This document shows positions 26,656-39,803 of a stretch of 64,000 bases of DNA, piece after piece. Source of the DNA: Phoronis australis (taxonomy: Eukaryota; Animalia; Phoronida); NCBI GenBank assembly GCA_002633005.1, contig NMRA01000064.1, forward strand, positions 622,354-686,353, in the 5' to 3' direction. Positions within the stretch are counted from its first letter, which is position 1; every line of letters starts with the position of its first letter. The notes beneath the pieces were generated by a model. It saw only the letters and a list, made by a program, of their open reading frames with translations. It was not told the DNA's origin and did no database searches. The position numbers and the translations under genes are program-made.

Positions 26656-29127
26656 ATCGTCTGCGCTGAGCTGGGATTACCTCGGGGAAGCCTATGTACG
26701 CGTGTAGAGCGGAGTCACCACAATGGAGCGTCACTGGTATTTGTATAGCAGTGAATGGCAGCGTATAATCTGATTCATTTAGAAGTTTGTGCAGTGTATA
26801 TACGGCTGGCAAAACTCCTGCAACACTTCACACAATTTTACACCAATCGCTTAAATAGAATCCTAGACCGTCTTTGTCCGCGGATTAACATCTGTGCCGC
26901 TTGCTTACAATCTTCTTCTCTAAATCAATGTTTTGGGTTTTTAACGACAATTAAAAAGGCCGTATTCAAGTTCCATTAAAAATAGATCGGGACACCTGCG
27001 CACTCCGAACTTCTACCCTGATACAAGGGCTGTCAATACTATACGTTTCATTTACCGTGGAACACGCACACAATATGTCTTCTTTATATTAAAATCGCCA
27101 AACCCCGCCCCTTTCTTATTTGACAATTCTCTTGACAGATTTGCCTAAATAAACATACTGCCGACACTGCAACATTCTCTATCACTCGCTAACGTATCTT
27201 CTCCCATTTATTCGGACTGGCTACCCGTCAAATAGTTATATAGTCTTTATAAAAGATCTTAAAAGATCTTTTAAATGGAAACGCTTACAAAATAACACGA
27301 GAATAAAAGTTCGACAAACATGTTTGTGAAACTGTGCAAACATATTTACATACTGCGTGTGTGCGAAACATTCAGCAAATACTCGCTATTTTAAAATATG
27401 TGTTAAACAGTGCTGTTGCTTGTGGCTGTCAGAACGTTTTTGAGCTAGACCGATCGTTGTGCGATATAGCAATCTGTTTACGCACTTCAGCCGATTTCCC
27501 ATGTTTTTGATAATGCGTGTTGCAGTTTAAGAGCTGGTTCATAGCCACGGAAAATCTGAAGCCGCGCCATGCATATTCATGCGACGGCAGCTTTCTTACT
27601 ATTAAAGTCTGATTGATGGTTTAAGAAATCCTTAAATCCTCGCTATCAGATGCGGCAGACGTCTCAACAGTTAAATCACGTTCGCTATAGGTTTATGACA
27701 GAAGGCTATCTGAATTTAATTACTGAATTAATGCATAACCACTGAAAACACGCAAATAAAAGAAGACAGATTAAAAATATATAACTTATCTTATTTTTAC
27801 AAGTATTGTACAAATTGCAACTTTACAATGTGACTGAGTGAGTAAGCAAAGCCACATAAAAACATATGTTACATAAACAATAGATAATGTTTCGAATTCG
27901 CAAGTACCTGGGCTGCGTTTCGTGGACCAAGAACCTTGTGAAAACTCAAGTCCTCGCGAGATATCGCCACGCATTTCAAGCGAAGGACATGACCATAACT
28001 AGCTTTTCTCGCAAGCATCTTTTGTCTACGGGACGCAGCCTTGGAATACTAAACGGAGAATACTGAAATAGTTTTGTTTCCTGAAGGTGCGTTGTGGCAC
28101 AAACCCGCTAACTGGCAACTGATATGGATAATCTTTTGTTAATTAAAAAAGGCCAGTCCCGGAAAGTACGCCATCAAGTCTGTCCGTTTTCTGAAAGGAA
28201 ACAGACAGATTTGAAAACTTTCTTCACGAAGAACCTGTTGATCGATAACAGGGCTCTCCTGAGTTTCAGCTCAGGTATTTTGTGCAATGGGCTCAACCAT
28301 GAGACCTGCCCACGTCTGATGCATCGCAAATGACATCAGACCACCTGCATTCTTTTCTTCTTGTATTTTTAAAGTACATCATCAACATTCAAACAAAATG
28401 ATGTTCATTTTATAAGTAAAGAGAACCCTGTTGTTTCAATAATAATAAGCTGCAATGCACAACCATGCGAATTCAGCACCAGACTGTTGAGTTTAAACAC
28501 TGATTGTCAAGATTAAAGATACAAGAACGGATCTCCTCTAAGAAATCTTTTCAATACACATTATCACTAATGATAAATATGGCATTTCCAAGTGTTCCGC
28601 CCAATATTTACACTCACTTTATTCTATACGAAAATGATCCCTTACCACTTGTATAAGTTGGTAGGAGCACAATGTTAATCAGGGATGGATGAATAAGTAA
28701 ATAAATAAAAAAATAAATTTATCAATCATCTGATGAAAAACTCATGAAAACATCACAATGAAGATTTGTGACTTTTCATTTTATAGCTCAGTCAGTTGGG
28801 CATGATGAATCACTGATTAAGAGATTTACTCATTTACTTACTTAGCCAACTCTACCAATTCACGACAAATTAATCGATCGCTCTGGCGTTTTGGAAATCG
28901 CCGGATTTTACAATTTCAGCAAGAAAAAATTGATTTGACACGAATGCCAAAAATATACAGTGCCAGATTTTACATTTGCAATCGTAGAGCGGAGGACTCT
29001 GTAGGACAGTTTGCTGACGTCATCATGGCGTCACTGCCATTGTGTCACTCAGCCAACGGTCTATGGTCGACTTGCAGTTGTTGCTTGTAACAACTCAACT
29101 CCTCTTGACGAGTGGTGTCAATCATTC

Positions 29128-32100
29128 CTAAAACACTGTTCTTGACCTTCGACATCCACACGACTTCACCGACAATACTGTCCTCTCTTCGTAATCTGTG
29201 GTTTTAAAATCGTGTGTTTTGAACGACGTGGGGACGCAGTCTTTGTTTCTATTCTTTAATGAATTCAAACATTCGTTAGGATTCAATTTGGACCTGCAAA
29301 GTGAAATCGCGTCGAAATTAGTCCTTCGTTGTAGCCGATGAAACAAAAGCTCACTGAGTAGAAATCATGTAAAGTTTGGATGGCGCCATCTAGCGGTAAC
29401 AAAATTAATCTAGTTTAGGCTTACTGCATGTACGTACAGATACAAAAATCAACGAGAGTGGCAACCTTTTGAGGGCCATATTATCATTTGGATGTTAAAT
29501 TTTACGATGACGCAAAAACAAAGGGAAATTAAACGCTGTAACATGAATTTTTGTATCATGGTAACGCATATATCCCAATTCGCTGGTTGAACCATCCTCT
29601 CTTAATATACACAATACCCAAAATGGTTCTATCCCCAATTATTACACACCCCGTCACTTTTTCACAGGTGTTACAGTTAAATAGTCCTGGCATAAGCAGA
29701 GACCCTTCCCTAGCGGCCCCCATTTCCGCCAGTTGTCCTGCTCTGAATAGATGATACAGAAATGCCTTCAATTGGGTTAGTGCACTTTTTATTATCATGG
29801 AAATATTGTTTGCTAACCAACATGTCAATCATGTTACGGGCCCGATGCTTAGGGACAGATTGTTAATGATTTGTCGCTCGCTTGAGTAACAATAGAGCCC
29901 CTCATCGGCTCATCTAGTCTATAAGGAAAGAAAAAGAGCCATCGGCCGTGAGCCAAAAATGTCACTTCTGAAGTCTAACATAAATATGCCCTTGAGCGAG
30001 CTAAAGAAAGCTGAACAAAAACATCTTGGCTAGAATATTATACCAGGGGGATTTTCTTTAATGAAATACAACCTTAAATGTAATCTAAATTCCAGAACTG
30101 AGTTAATGTGAAATTAATTTTTGATACAGTCAATGGCATTAGAGAAGAGATGTTATTAGTAGAATCAGATATGTTGTGGAAACTAGGCTAAGAGGAGAAT
30201 AGGACACGACACCAATAGTTCCCCTAAATGACAATGGTAACGGAAAAAATAACTTGCCGTTGTAACACGAATCGGGGCGGTATTTTTACTTGTACATTAG
30301 GCCTACATTGTAAAATCGTTTGGCTGTGGATCTGTACTATCTCACGGTGTATAAACGCAACTATTGTCACGAACATTTCATAACACGCTCACGATTTTGA
30401 CACAAAACGTCTTCCCAAATTACACATAATTAGAGGACAGGTATGTACAGAAGGGTCTACGCACCATTTCAGACATCTGTTCTGGCGAGAGTCTCGACAG
30501 GTGCCCGAGCACATTCCCACGTCAATCGTCTTTCTGCGTGTCATCAAATGCCACGTGGTGTTGTCCAGGTACGTTTCATCATACACCTGCACGTATCGCA
30601 TTCGGTAGCAGTGTCCGGCACAGTGACACCGACGTATGACTGACACTAACTCACTGCCTGCGAATACATTACGTTACATATCCACCATGAGCAAACAGTG
30701 CTGACAAACATTAAAATAGCGAAGGCACGCATAAAACGGTCTAATGTGTAATTTAATGAAAGTAGAACCAGAGTTTAGACTCGCAATAAAAATTAATAAA
30801 ACATCAACAACCTTTCACTGAGGAACACAATAAAACCAGAAGAACGTGCAAACTGAATGGGTCTGCATGCATGCACCTGCAGTAGACACGCAGCCTGCCT
30901 GTAAAGCAGTATTACGCGGTACTGCAAGTAGAAACCCAGTAGTACACGTCTAAATTTTGCAAATCAAAGCGTAGTTGCAATGCCCAACGTAGCAAAGGAT
31001 ACGAAATGGATAGATTCACGTCATCCTTCTCTATATTTATTCATAATTCTGTGTTTTTAGCACCAACTCCCGGCAAGATTTACGAGCCCATTGCAAATTA
31101 CGTCAGCATGCAGACACAACCTTGTGTGAGTGTCTCATTCACTGTGACAGTTGAAAATGCTACTAATTTGCATACGACATAGTGTCAAGAGGCACTTAAA
31201 AGGGTTGACTGCTTTGGATTTTAAAGAGACAACAAACCCGCGCCTTCTCTCAAAAACAAACTTTTGATATAGTTTACAAATTGTAAAAATTAGTCTCTCG
31301 TCTTGTTGCTTACAAAGATTAGAAACGATTTCTAGTCATGAAATAAACTGCCAGGTTGTTGTTATTTCAGATCACGCCTATTAAATTGGTAGTCACGGCG
31401 GGTTAGTAATAGTCACCAAGGTAGTTTCAAAGGAATCTTCAATTTATTATAACCAATTTCAATCCAAGCAAAGGTTCATAACGAGACTGCTGTGCTTTGG
31501 AAGAGCAAACACGCCTGTGAAGAACGTCATTTTAACATCAGAACTAGATTATAACAGCGTTCATGACGTGTTAGTTTAGGACTGCCATTATTTCTAAAAG
31601 TGTAGTGAATAGCACAGATAACGATTCTTTAATAACTCATGTGTATGTGTGTTTTGTAACATCTAATTGCAAATTTGTTCGAAAACTTATATTTAACAAA
31701 TCGAAGACACAGAGACTTCCCTGCACGTGTGCGCACAAAAATATCTCACGCTCTCTATTTCCCCTCGTGGACGTATGCTTCCCCTTGTGGGCCATTTTCC
31801 CGTCTCACGGACATATTTCTTACCTCACAAACGGACCAACCCTGCTCTCGCACATTATACTCTGCCTGCGGTGCCACCTTCCCATTCACAGGGCTGCCGG
31901 ACCATTTTCGTTGCTGTTTCAATAAATGATTTGCTTATGATAATTTTAAATAAAAATTGTCTTTCTTTCACTGCATACTGTAAAAGCTATCCAATTTGTA
32001 ATGTCATTGCGAAGATTTTCAAAATTTAATCAATATTAGGGTTCATGCATTGTAAGTTCAAAAGCACTTTCACTCCATCCCCAACTTACAGTGTCATTAT

Positions 32101-35100
32101 ATGAAGTTTTGATTTTTTTCTTTTCATCATTTAGTTTAGAGCAAATAGACGAAATTTCGTAGGAATGAGCTTAAAAGCAAATATTTCGAAGACAATTTTG
32201 GAATAGAGATGTTATGTCAGGTTATGCGAAGCTGACCGAGATGGGGACGGCGTGGCAGTGATGCAGTAGCTTTCGCGGGCTAGGAATAAGGAGTGGGAGT
32301 ATTGTTGCTTTGTCCACGAGCAAAGAAATATGTCTGCGAGACGGTGTTCTGGAAGGAGGAATATGCGTCTGAGAGAGGGTAATAGCGTGCACTAATTAAC
32401 CATGTTTTTCGCGGGTAGGCCCGAGAAGCGCGCCCGGGCAGCGGCAGCCAGCACATGTGGAAACTACTTTAGACACCAGGTGGCGAGACCGTTAGGAAAT
32501 AACCCAGTTATTTACCAGAACGGTAAGCAGGGAGAATGATCAAATGCAGAAACGGTCGCATGCTTTTGAAGCCAGGTATTACAAGATAATGCCATTCAAT
32601 TTTCGTGAGAAATGTTAGTCCCATGTGGAGATAACTCTGACCGGCTAGCATAGATATTAGACGCTAGCACTGGCTTACGAAGTAAAGGGAACTAGTCTCT
32701 GCGACTTACTTGAGCAAGTGCGTGTATGTCAGCACAGAATAATCTTTGGAAAGAAATGCATTCTCGATTTCCGGCACGACATTTTTGTCTGTGCTAGATG
32801 AGCCAGTTCGTGGACGAGACAGTCTCGCCACCTGGTGACCAGCTTATCTGACATTTGAAAGTTCAAAACAAAGTGAATTTTTCTGATAAATTACTATTTA
32901 TTCACAACACTTCCCTCCCTTCCCCCTCCCTCTCTCCCCAGGAAATGACGTTACTATAGCATCACATCTAAGCGGTATTAGGAGGACACAATACATATGT
33001 CAAACATAACTTGCATACATTTCGATCAGCTGCGTATCATTTCTAAATAGTACCCCATCTCATAGTACCGCATCTCATAGTGCCCCATCTCTAAATAGTA
33101 CCCCATCTCACAGTACCCCATCTCCCCAATTCAAGGCAAAGGTAAACGAACTTACCATTAGGTCCTTTTATTGAAATAGTTTTGTTGTGTTTTGGCTGAC
33201 AGGACTTTTCTGCAAGAGAAATAAAAATATCAGAGGTAAAAAAAGCCTAAAAATTTAGTATCAGATCAGTGTTTTATAACAGACGAGACTTTTGATGATA
33301 ACACGTAGTTAGTATATACATTTACAATACAGTTATTTTGCATGGATCACATTAAACTGAGATGTTCCTTGTCCTAGTTCTGTTAAAGTGAAAAGTTTTG
33401 AGAGTTTACGTAAGTAAATCGTCACAAGTATTACTGTTGTCATTGTTTTGTGTACGCTGACTGTGAAGTAAATCGTCACAAGTATTACTATTGTCATTGT
33501 TTTGTGGACATAAGCATAATTCGTCAGGCTCTTTAGCGCTTTGCACGTCTTTCAGATTGAGCAAAAACGGTCAGTACTTCATAGTACTGGCGCAAGAATA
33601 AATTTCTCACATGCATTGCGCTCGTCATCAAGTCCACAAAGAAAACAATCAAAATTTCAACTATACTCAACCAATTGATAAAATTATGCAATAATTCATT
33701 TGATCGACAGGTATTCAGTTTCTCTCATACCCATTTCTATCGAACCAGTCTCAAGGACTAAAAGTGATAATTAATATTTCATAAGGTGTGACTTCAAACA
33801 TTGACTACTCGAGACATTTTGCACAAAGCAATCAAGTGACTTTGTGACTTACTGGCTACCCCTTATATCACATCGTATAACTTCACCGTGGTGTCACTTA
33901 TTAAGAATTATTGTTCCATTAAACAAGACCAACGATGTGAAAGCTTGAGTCAGGGTTAAGATGAAAAGAACCGACTTCACACGTCTATGCTGATATATTT
34001 AAAATAAACATTGGCATCTGACTGCTGTGGTATGTTTTCATTTTATTGTTCTAGCCGCGTGTATGCGTATGTTATAACGAGATCGTACATGGCGAACACC
34101 ATAACCCAACAGAGTGACCATAATGTACAGAGTGACATAAAATGTATTGTACAAACACACTATCTTTTGTTATGATCTTCAAAAATGTGTAACAGTCCGC
34201 CTGCTTGACCTCTATGATTGTCCATGCGTTTGGAACAAGAAGAAAACTTCAACAAAGGAATTCCACTCACTAAGATACGTACGGTTTTTTCTACACTGAC
34301 CAGAACACATGCCAACATCAACTTCTGTTTCGTACGGAGTGTTGAGAAAGTAGACTTTTATAAACTTTTGTCTTGTGCATCTTGATGGAGATTTCACGCA
34401 GTGACAATCCTGTATTATTTCATGGTCAACAGGTCCTTCCAAGAGACTGTAACGTTCTGTATTTATTTTGGTAGGAATGCAGGTTGAACTGCTTGGACAA
34501 GATGGTGGTGAATCCTGGAATTGGAGAACTTCGCTTTTATTTCTGATTATTTTTTCTTGATTTCTAGTTTTTTTACGCAGGGCAGATCAGTCTTTCCACA
34601 CCGTATCAGTGAAATTTGCAGGCTCTTTCTGGTCTACCTATTGTGAAAGATTAAGATTGAAGCTGGTGGATAACGGGTGACATTAATTCTTATGCGAAAA
34701 AGAAAGTGCCATTGTGTAGATCAGCCAGAAACTGCGGAATATAAGAAGTAACTAAAGTATTACTTCACACATTTAACATCTTTAATGGGTTAACGCTCAA
34801 GGGTAATGCAAAAATAAGTACTACATTGAAATACAAATTGGTTATAAACTGAACACGTGTGGGGTCGTTCAAAGAACTGAAATGAAAATTTGTTTGTATT
34901 AATACCCAGTTTTCCCAGAGCTTCCCTTAGCGTGCAAATAAAGCGATAATAGCTCAAGGTCAGCCAGTTCATGGACTTTATTAAATTTTCAAATTCTATC
35001 GTCCATATGTCTTTCAGTCGTTTTGAAGGGAGCAATGTATCTTGCCTCCAGAAACGGCGGCAGACGCTGCACATACACACGGACTGTTTAGATAAACGAT

Positions 35101-36662
35101 TGCAAGGTGACAGAACGTTGTTGTAATAAACAACCGTGAAGAAACCTTATGGACGCATTGAAGACGATCCCGTGTTCCAAGGGCTTTTAGTCCAAAGAGA
35201 TTAAAGCTGTAAAAGACAGATATTCCCCTCAAGTCAAAATAAACATGTCACCGGATTTCGCTGTTTCACACGAGAAAGGTGACGTAAAAACTATCCCGGG
35301 AATGTAAATCTCGTCGGTCAAATTTACGCGCAGTTGCAAAATATTTTACCACGTGGTGTGCAATTGTTGACGCTAATTGACCAATCATATGATAAGTGCA
35401 ACATACACAGAATCATTGGCAAGTAAACATGTTTTTATTTACATACAATACAGTTTGAGTTTCTGAATGTCGTACTCCGTACTTTCTATGTTGTGTGGTA
35501 TTTAGATTTTCATCAGTGGGCAAAATTGATCATTTAATGTATAAACTAACATCGACTTCTTGGGGGCAACTCGGTGCAAACGCACACACGAAGCTCAATA
35601 TAAGTATTCATACACGTTCAGCCGTGAATTTCCACAAAACAAGAATCTTTTAGTCACGACAGGCTATAACCTTGCATTCTATTATTGATAGAGAAATAGC
35701 GTGGCCTGTATGTTTACTTTCCAAGTAAAAGAATCGTATACTTACTGCCCCGTGCTTATTGTCTTCGAACCACACCGAGTTGGCCAGGCATGTTTGCTTA
35801 CAATGACCCACATCCAAATAAATAGGACGTCTCGAAGTATCTGAGCAAACAAAAATTATTGTTGCTTCATTTTACATGGTTTTCAAATTCTTCTATTTAC
35901 ACTGAAAATACACATCGTATACATCTAATATCCAAATTGCTTTAAGATCAACACTTTTACTGATTCATGAGAGCTGACTCTCGCGCACACCTGAACTTCA
36001 ATGAACCCACAGCTGTAAACGTTGACGTTAAACGAACCCAACTGTCACTCAAATATAACAAATATGACGGAAAATGTCATTGTTTATTTTCATCACAGTA
36101 GTGCTTTACATGTATTAATGTAATTGGAACAAAACCGGCCGTTTGTCTATTTTTTTTCTCACCATAGCCTGCAATTATCCGCTTGCTCTGTCGTTCACAA
36201 CAAGCTTCTGGAGAGGCACTTGAATTTTTGGGCGGGAAAGCCTTGCCTTCTGTTTTGTTGTCTTTCAGGGGTACTGTGTAGACACCTGTGAATTTCCAGA
36301 ATATTCGCGTTAACGCCAAGCACAACACACAAACAAATTAAACTAAATCCTTTTAAGGCCGCATCAAGTCCAACACTTATAAACCGAAAATCTTCACTTA
36401 GACCGTTCATTACTTTCAACTCTTCTTTGTTCAGAATGTGATTTAAAATCACCTAAACGCTTTAATTCCTTATCTGCTCGAATAATCTCATTTTCCAATA
36501 AATCCTTCGTCGGTGCCCATTTTACACCAAGGTAAGTATAATCCGCTGAATGTTCCTAGATGGCGTTGTCGGAAATTGTGCGGCTGGAGTCTGCCTACCT
36601 ATAAAATGACAGACGACAGCGGTACATAACAGACTCCTCAGTGGCAACATATTGGCTTCCAT
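29128..36662 (-). CDS. pnhd: Pinhead, secreted protein with three cystine-knot-like repeats, ~304-312 aa
   Basis: Exons 36662 (or 36650)-36599 (MLPLRSLLCTAVVCHFIG signal peptide), 36285-36163 (..ACCERQSKRIIAGY), 35840-35746 (IYLDVGHCKQTC), 34514-34283 or 34271 (CPSSSTCIP..DCHC..CTR..EVDVGMCSGQC), 33209-33156 (SCQP..KGPNG), 30657-30465 (RCHCAGHCYR..IDVGMCSGTC), 29293-29128 (DCVP..SCGC, stop). All GT-AG and in frame. Three DVGxCxxxC..CxP..CxC repeats plus position directly upstream of ADMP identify Pinhead. Confidence 0.9.
32474..32837. repeat. 16-bp perfect inverted repeat pair (small MITE or paired CTCF-like motifs) in Pinhead intron 5
   Basis: CACCAGGTGGCGAGAC (32474-32489) and GTCTCGCCACCTGGTG (32822-32837). 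Confidence 0.6.
33040..33125. repeat. short tandem repeat (~16-19-bp unit AGTACCCCATCTC), ~5 copies
   Basis: Directly visible repeated AGTACCCCATCTC cores. Confidence 0.75.
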
Positions 36663-36767
36663 GTGCTTTCTCGCTGTTTCCTAAATTAACTGACTGTGAT
36701 GCATTCTGCTACTGTTTAGTTATAGATGAGGAGCAAATTTGGCAATTGCTGCTTGTTTTTCATTGGT

Positions 36768-37077
36768 AGACTGAGCGTCTAGACCGCTTCAGGATACGCT
36801 CAATAGTTTTTGCTAATGACTTGGTCGAAGGTCCTTTCTCTTCAATTTCAATCGAGTAATGCTAGAAGCAAAAACACCTATTCTCGAACACATTCAGTTC
36901 ACCGGCCTTTTATTCGCCAAACAAAGAAAGTTTATTTTGAAAAAACATTGGGGCAGAAAGATCATTATCTTAAGCTCTTATAAAGACATGTGTATTATTG
37001 GATAAAATAATTGAAAGCCAACGAGGCCTGATATAGCCGATTGTTGTACTATGATATCTCGTCGGATATGTGGCGCC
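36768..37077. promoter_or_regulatory. candidate Smad-binding cluster upstream of Pinhead
   Basis: Palindromic SBE GTCTAGAC at 36777-36784 with an adjacent AGAC (36768-36771), and TGGCGCC at 37071-37077. Confidence 0.4.
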
Positions 37078-39803
37078 TACCGACAAAGCAAATCATGGCA
37101 GTTTACATGCAACGTTCTGACTCGGGCATTTAACACCGTCAACTGAGCGTATATTGTGCCATTATAAAACGGAGCTAGTTGAAAAGGAAAACGATTTTAT
37201 ACGATTTTTAGCACCTTTTAACACGCCTCAAGGGTAGAAAAACTATCAATGGCATTGATATATTTTTCTAGCGCCAACTCGGATTAACGAGGGAAGTGTA
37301 CGAGTTACATACGTTGCCTGAGGCAGGAATCATGAGCGCTCAACCAATGCAAGGTCAAAGATCCCAAGGCCACGCGCTTACAAGATCGAGTTCACTTATA
37401 TTCTTGAAACGCTATATTTGAATAAAAATTGCCCGGAAATCAGTAAAATGCTGGAATAACAGTTTCCACGTAACACGCTTGGTACGCTACAGGTGTTTGT
37501 ATCAGATTTCCGAGAATTGCACGTTCCACATTCCACTTTACAATACACTTGCCTACGTTATTCAATCATCAAGACTAAACCCATTTTGTCGGTGTTTACG
37601 AAGGAACATTATGAAAATTTAATCACTCCAAATCGGATATTTTTACTGTTCAACAGTAATTCAACGCGAAATCACTTCGCAGTATTTCCTATGCAATAGT
37701 CCGAATTATTAGATAACTTGCAAAATGGTCGGCCCTGGTAACCATTCGGAATAGACTTGTATAGAGTGAGAAACCCTTTTCTGACGTTCTGTTGTTGTTG
37801 TAATTGAAAAATAATCCTGAAGTCATGCAACATTCAATTTTATTGAGTAAATAAAATTTGTTATTTGTGCAACCTCAGGCAAAATATGTAATAGCCAACA
37901 ACCCATAACATCTGGAAGCTTTTTTACTACAGTCAAAGATATTATAGTATATAGTATCTTTGCTATAGTGGAGCCAACAAAACAGTGGAGTATTTGCTTA
38001 CGTTATTTTTTTTTTTTCGTTTCAGGCGATTGATTGCACTGAAAGAGCTCCATCAGTGAAAAATATAGCATGTAAGAAAAAATAACCACGAAGGAAAACA
38101 TTTTGAATACTCCAGGGATGTAACTGTCCTCGCTTATATTACCAGAGTCCAATATGGCTCTTTTGAAAGGCAAAAATGGACATACAATTTAGGTTTGATG
38201 AGAAAAATATCGCTAACGTGTAAGCATTCTGATTTGAAGTCACTCGGAAAGTGTTTCGGTTGTAAGTGGTTACAATACATTTTATGGGTTGAAAAAGCGC
38301 TAATATATCTTCAAATCGAAACATAGTTACAGACAACTAGATATCCGTATTTTGTCTTGCCACATGTTGGTACTAATCAAATTTCTGCATCGGAGTCATT
38401 ATCGAATGCTGTATTCGAACCGAAATTTGATTCGTGTGTCACTCAAGTCATGCAAGTTCAAACCAGTGAAACGAAGCAGTTTTATCCCTAATGAGACAGG
38501 GTAATAAACTCCTTACTGGATATAATACGAAACTTAATACACAAGAATTTGAACTATTTGATATTTTTTGTACCGAACAATGGAAAACTGACGGAGTCCA
38601 GTCGACTAACGCGACAAAAATGTCATCCATTGCATAGAACAAACTCGAGGAATTCCAATCCAGCCTTAATGCTCTAAGCTGACAGGGTCATTTTTCGTTT
38701 GACCCTTTTATTTACAGAGTAATACTTAACGCAATTAACACTTGCGGGGTTCAGTAGTGAAAAATATTTACTGTTATGCTTTCATACCAACTTAGTCGCA
38801 GCATTTCTTTTATCTAGTTCACTAGCCTGCGGTGAACAGACTGTCATTCACGATAAAATGTTGCAAAAATGTTTACTTGCGCTGGACAAATGGTGGGTCT
38901 TGCCGGATTAGCCATCTTTAAGACCAAGCAGTACCACGAATCACTCCATCGAGAGGTCCGACGTCTATCATAACACCTAACTTTGCACTCTCTACCTCTA
39001 GTGGACAAGAAATTGCGGCAAACTACAACGGCGGGCTATGGTATATACGTAAATTCAATAGCATAACACGCTAATTTGAAAACATATATGTCCAACAAAA
39101 AGGTTGAATTTTTTATCGAATAAGAGTTTACAAGCGTAGTAACACAATAGCGTCGAACTCTTCGATGAAAATCTGTTTGTCAGTGCTAGTCATAATAGAG
39201 AAAGAGTTCTTTATCGATTGTACTCCGAAAACCTGAAATACTCGGCAGAAAATGACGACGCTTGGCCAGTTGACATGAAATGATCAGGGTGCTTCCTGAT
39301 CTACCGTGAGCAGGCAGTCAAACCCCTAATAGGAACCCGTCTAAACCAACGCACAGTTCAAGTGAATTAAATTGCGATTCAAATTAATTTTGTCACCAGC
39401 GAAATTTCCTGCTAGGAAAATCTATTTTAATTTACGACACACAGGTGCGCCCACTATATATCTTTACATAAATATGATCGTCTGTCATTCGATCATCATT
39501 CAATATCGCGTGTCAATCATCTTTTTGGCTAGAGGCTAGGGTGTCTTGACACTCTCTACTTTCTCAATTCATAAGACGTCGATGTAGAAATACCGGACAT
39601 GGTTGGGTGAAACTTTCCAGAGCAAATATTGCGGAGAAAACAAACATTATCCGCCTGAGGGGGAGTCCGCTGATATTTAATGGTTCTAAACACGCGTCAA
39701 CATAAAAAGAAAACTTCAAGTTCACGCTCCTTCAATGCAAACAAATCCCACAATGCACTTTAGTTTAGTATAACCACTAACTGCGGAAATCAGTGGATGA
39801 AAA

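Noticed and set aside
36195-36452. ORF MILNH..LICLCVVLG as the Pinhead signal peptide
   Set aside because: Out of frame with the cysteine-containing exon; a proper spliced signal-peptide exon exists at 36599-36650.
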